NCBI GenBank assembly: GCA_040954595.2
Contig: CM082577.2
Span: 16,313,903 to 16,377,902 of the forward strand
Direction: 5' to 3'
Source: Balanoglossus misakiensis
Lineage: Eukaryota; Animalia; Hemichordata
DNA length: 64,000 nucleotides
A program made the translations under genes and the position numbers. Positions 63,096 through 64,000 of the stretch are shown here, piece by piece. Every line of letters begins with the position of its first letter. The first letter of the stretch is position 1. The notes beneath the pieces were generated by a model that was not told where the DNA came from, ran no database searches, and worked only from the letters and a program-made list of their open reading frames with translations.

Positions 63096-63530
63096 GCCTG
63101 GCCATGAGGGCCATAGCGGCCGTTTATTACACCCGAGGGGCTGTGAGTTACCAGAATCATATGCTATTTCCCTCGGCCTACGGCCTCGGGAAATAGCATA
63201 TGATTCTGGTAACTCAAAGCCACGAGGGGGTAAAAACGGCTGCTATGGCGCGAATATAGGCCAGGCCATAGGTGTTTTATAATAAACCTCATGCTAACAG
63301 TTGGGAAAATCTTGCAATTTTCTCTTAAGGTTGGCAGACGACATCTTCCGCGGTGGCCATTGTGTCAGACGACGCGACACTGATTGACGTGACCGAGTCT
63401 GCGCACTCACGCTCGTCACGTGACCGGTTTGTATTTTTTCTGCTACTTCCCTAGAGGGATTCATAGTCGATTCTATTTTCCTATCACGTGACGGATTCTG
63501 GCGAATCACAACACAGTATTAGCATGAGGT
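63096..63530. mobile_element. Palindrome-bearing non-autonomous element (Crypton-like architecture)
   Basis: Hairpin at 63096-63266 with core ctcggcctacggcctcg, followed by the IR acctcatgctaa (63286) / ttagcatgaggt (63519). Confidence 0.55.
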
Positions 63531-64000
63531 ATATTATAATGCTAAATATGAGCCATCCAAATATTTAAATACCTGGTATTGCTTTAGTTGATATTTATAT
63601 TTGTAGTGGGGGAATTTAGTTTATTCTTCTTTAGTTATTTATACTTCTTTTTGGCATTTAAAAATGTGGTGATGTGTGCTTCATGACCGAGCGGCGATTC
63701 AACTTAACTCATGTAACAGATTCATTATCTGACCCGTGCTCGTTTCATTTTGTTACCTGTATGTGTAGGCCTACCTGTGCTCTGTACTATGTGTAATGTA
63801 TGATTTATACGGCCGAAATAAAAGATGAACCAGACGAAGTGACAACCACAATTTCCCGAGCATGGTGTATTTCTTTGCTGACCCTATATTGGCAAGCTTC
63901 ACAATTACTTAAACGGGTGTTTTTTTCTTTTTTATCTACCAATCAGGTTGTGTTTTTCGATTCGTCACACGAAATACATAATCTTGGGTGGCCATCGTTC

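Overview
This is AT-rich, intron-containing animal DNA; an invertebrate deuterostome such as a hemichordate is my inference. Bases ~1-29,800 are a nest of mostly decayed transposable elements: an exact 2,483-bp tandem duplication carrying an internally deleted Tc1 element, EnSpm-, Sola-, TatD-, RAG1-N/SH3- and cyclin-like fragments, a DIRS/Ngaro-type tyrosine recombinase split by a Harbinger-type insertion, and a fragmented CR1/L2-group LINE. Bases 29,792-43,051 are one 13.26-kb element with Polinton/Maverick ends (AGTAGT...ACTACT, 6-bp TSD GTCACG) but no polymerase, integrase or capsid gene. Removing a later 4.2-kb CACTG insertion leaves a ~9-kb palindrome: ~3.9-4.1-kb arms around a 1,030-bp spacer. 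Each arm carries an ANKRD9-like ankyrin/SOCS-box ORF. The centre encodes a spliced 4-finger C2H2 protein whose code-predicted target (NGG-GAG-GAG-GCG) is repeated in the element's own subterminal arrays. Bases 43,700-64,000 are host genes: two divergent multi-exon CD38/BST1-family ADP-ribosyl cyclases, an intronless class A GPCR and mucin-like exons, plus MITEs and a Helentron-like element. All family assignments come from motif recognition by eye; no searches were run.
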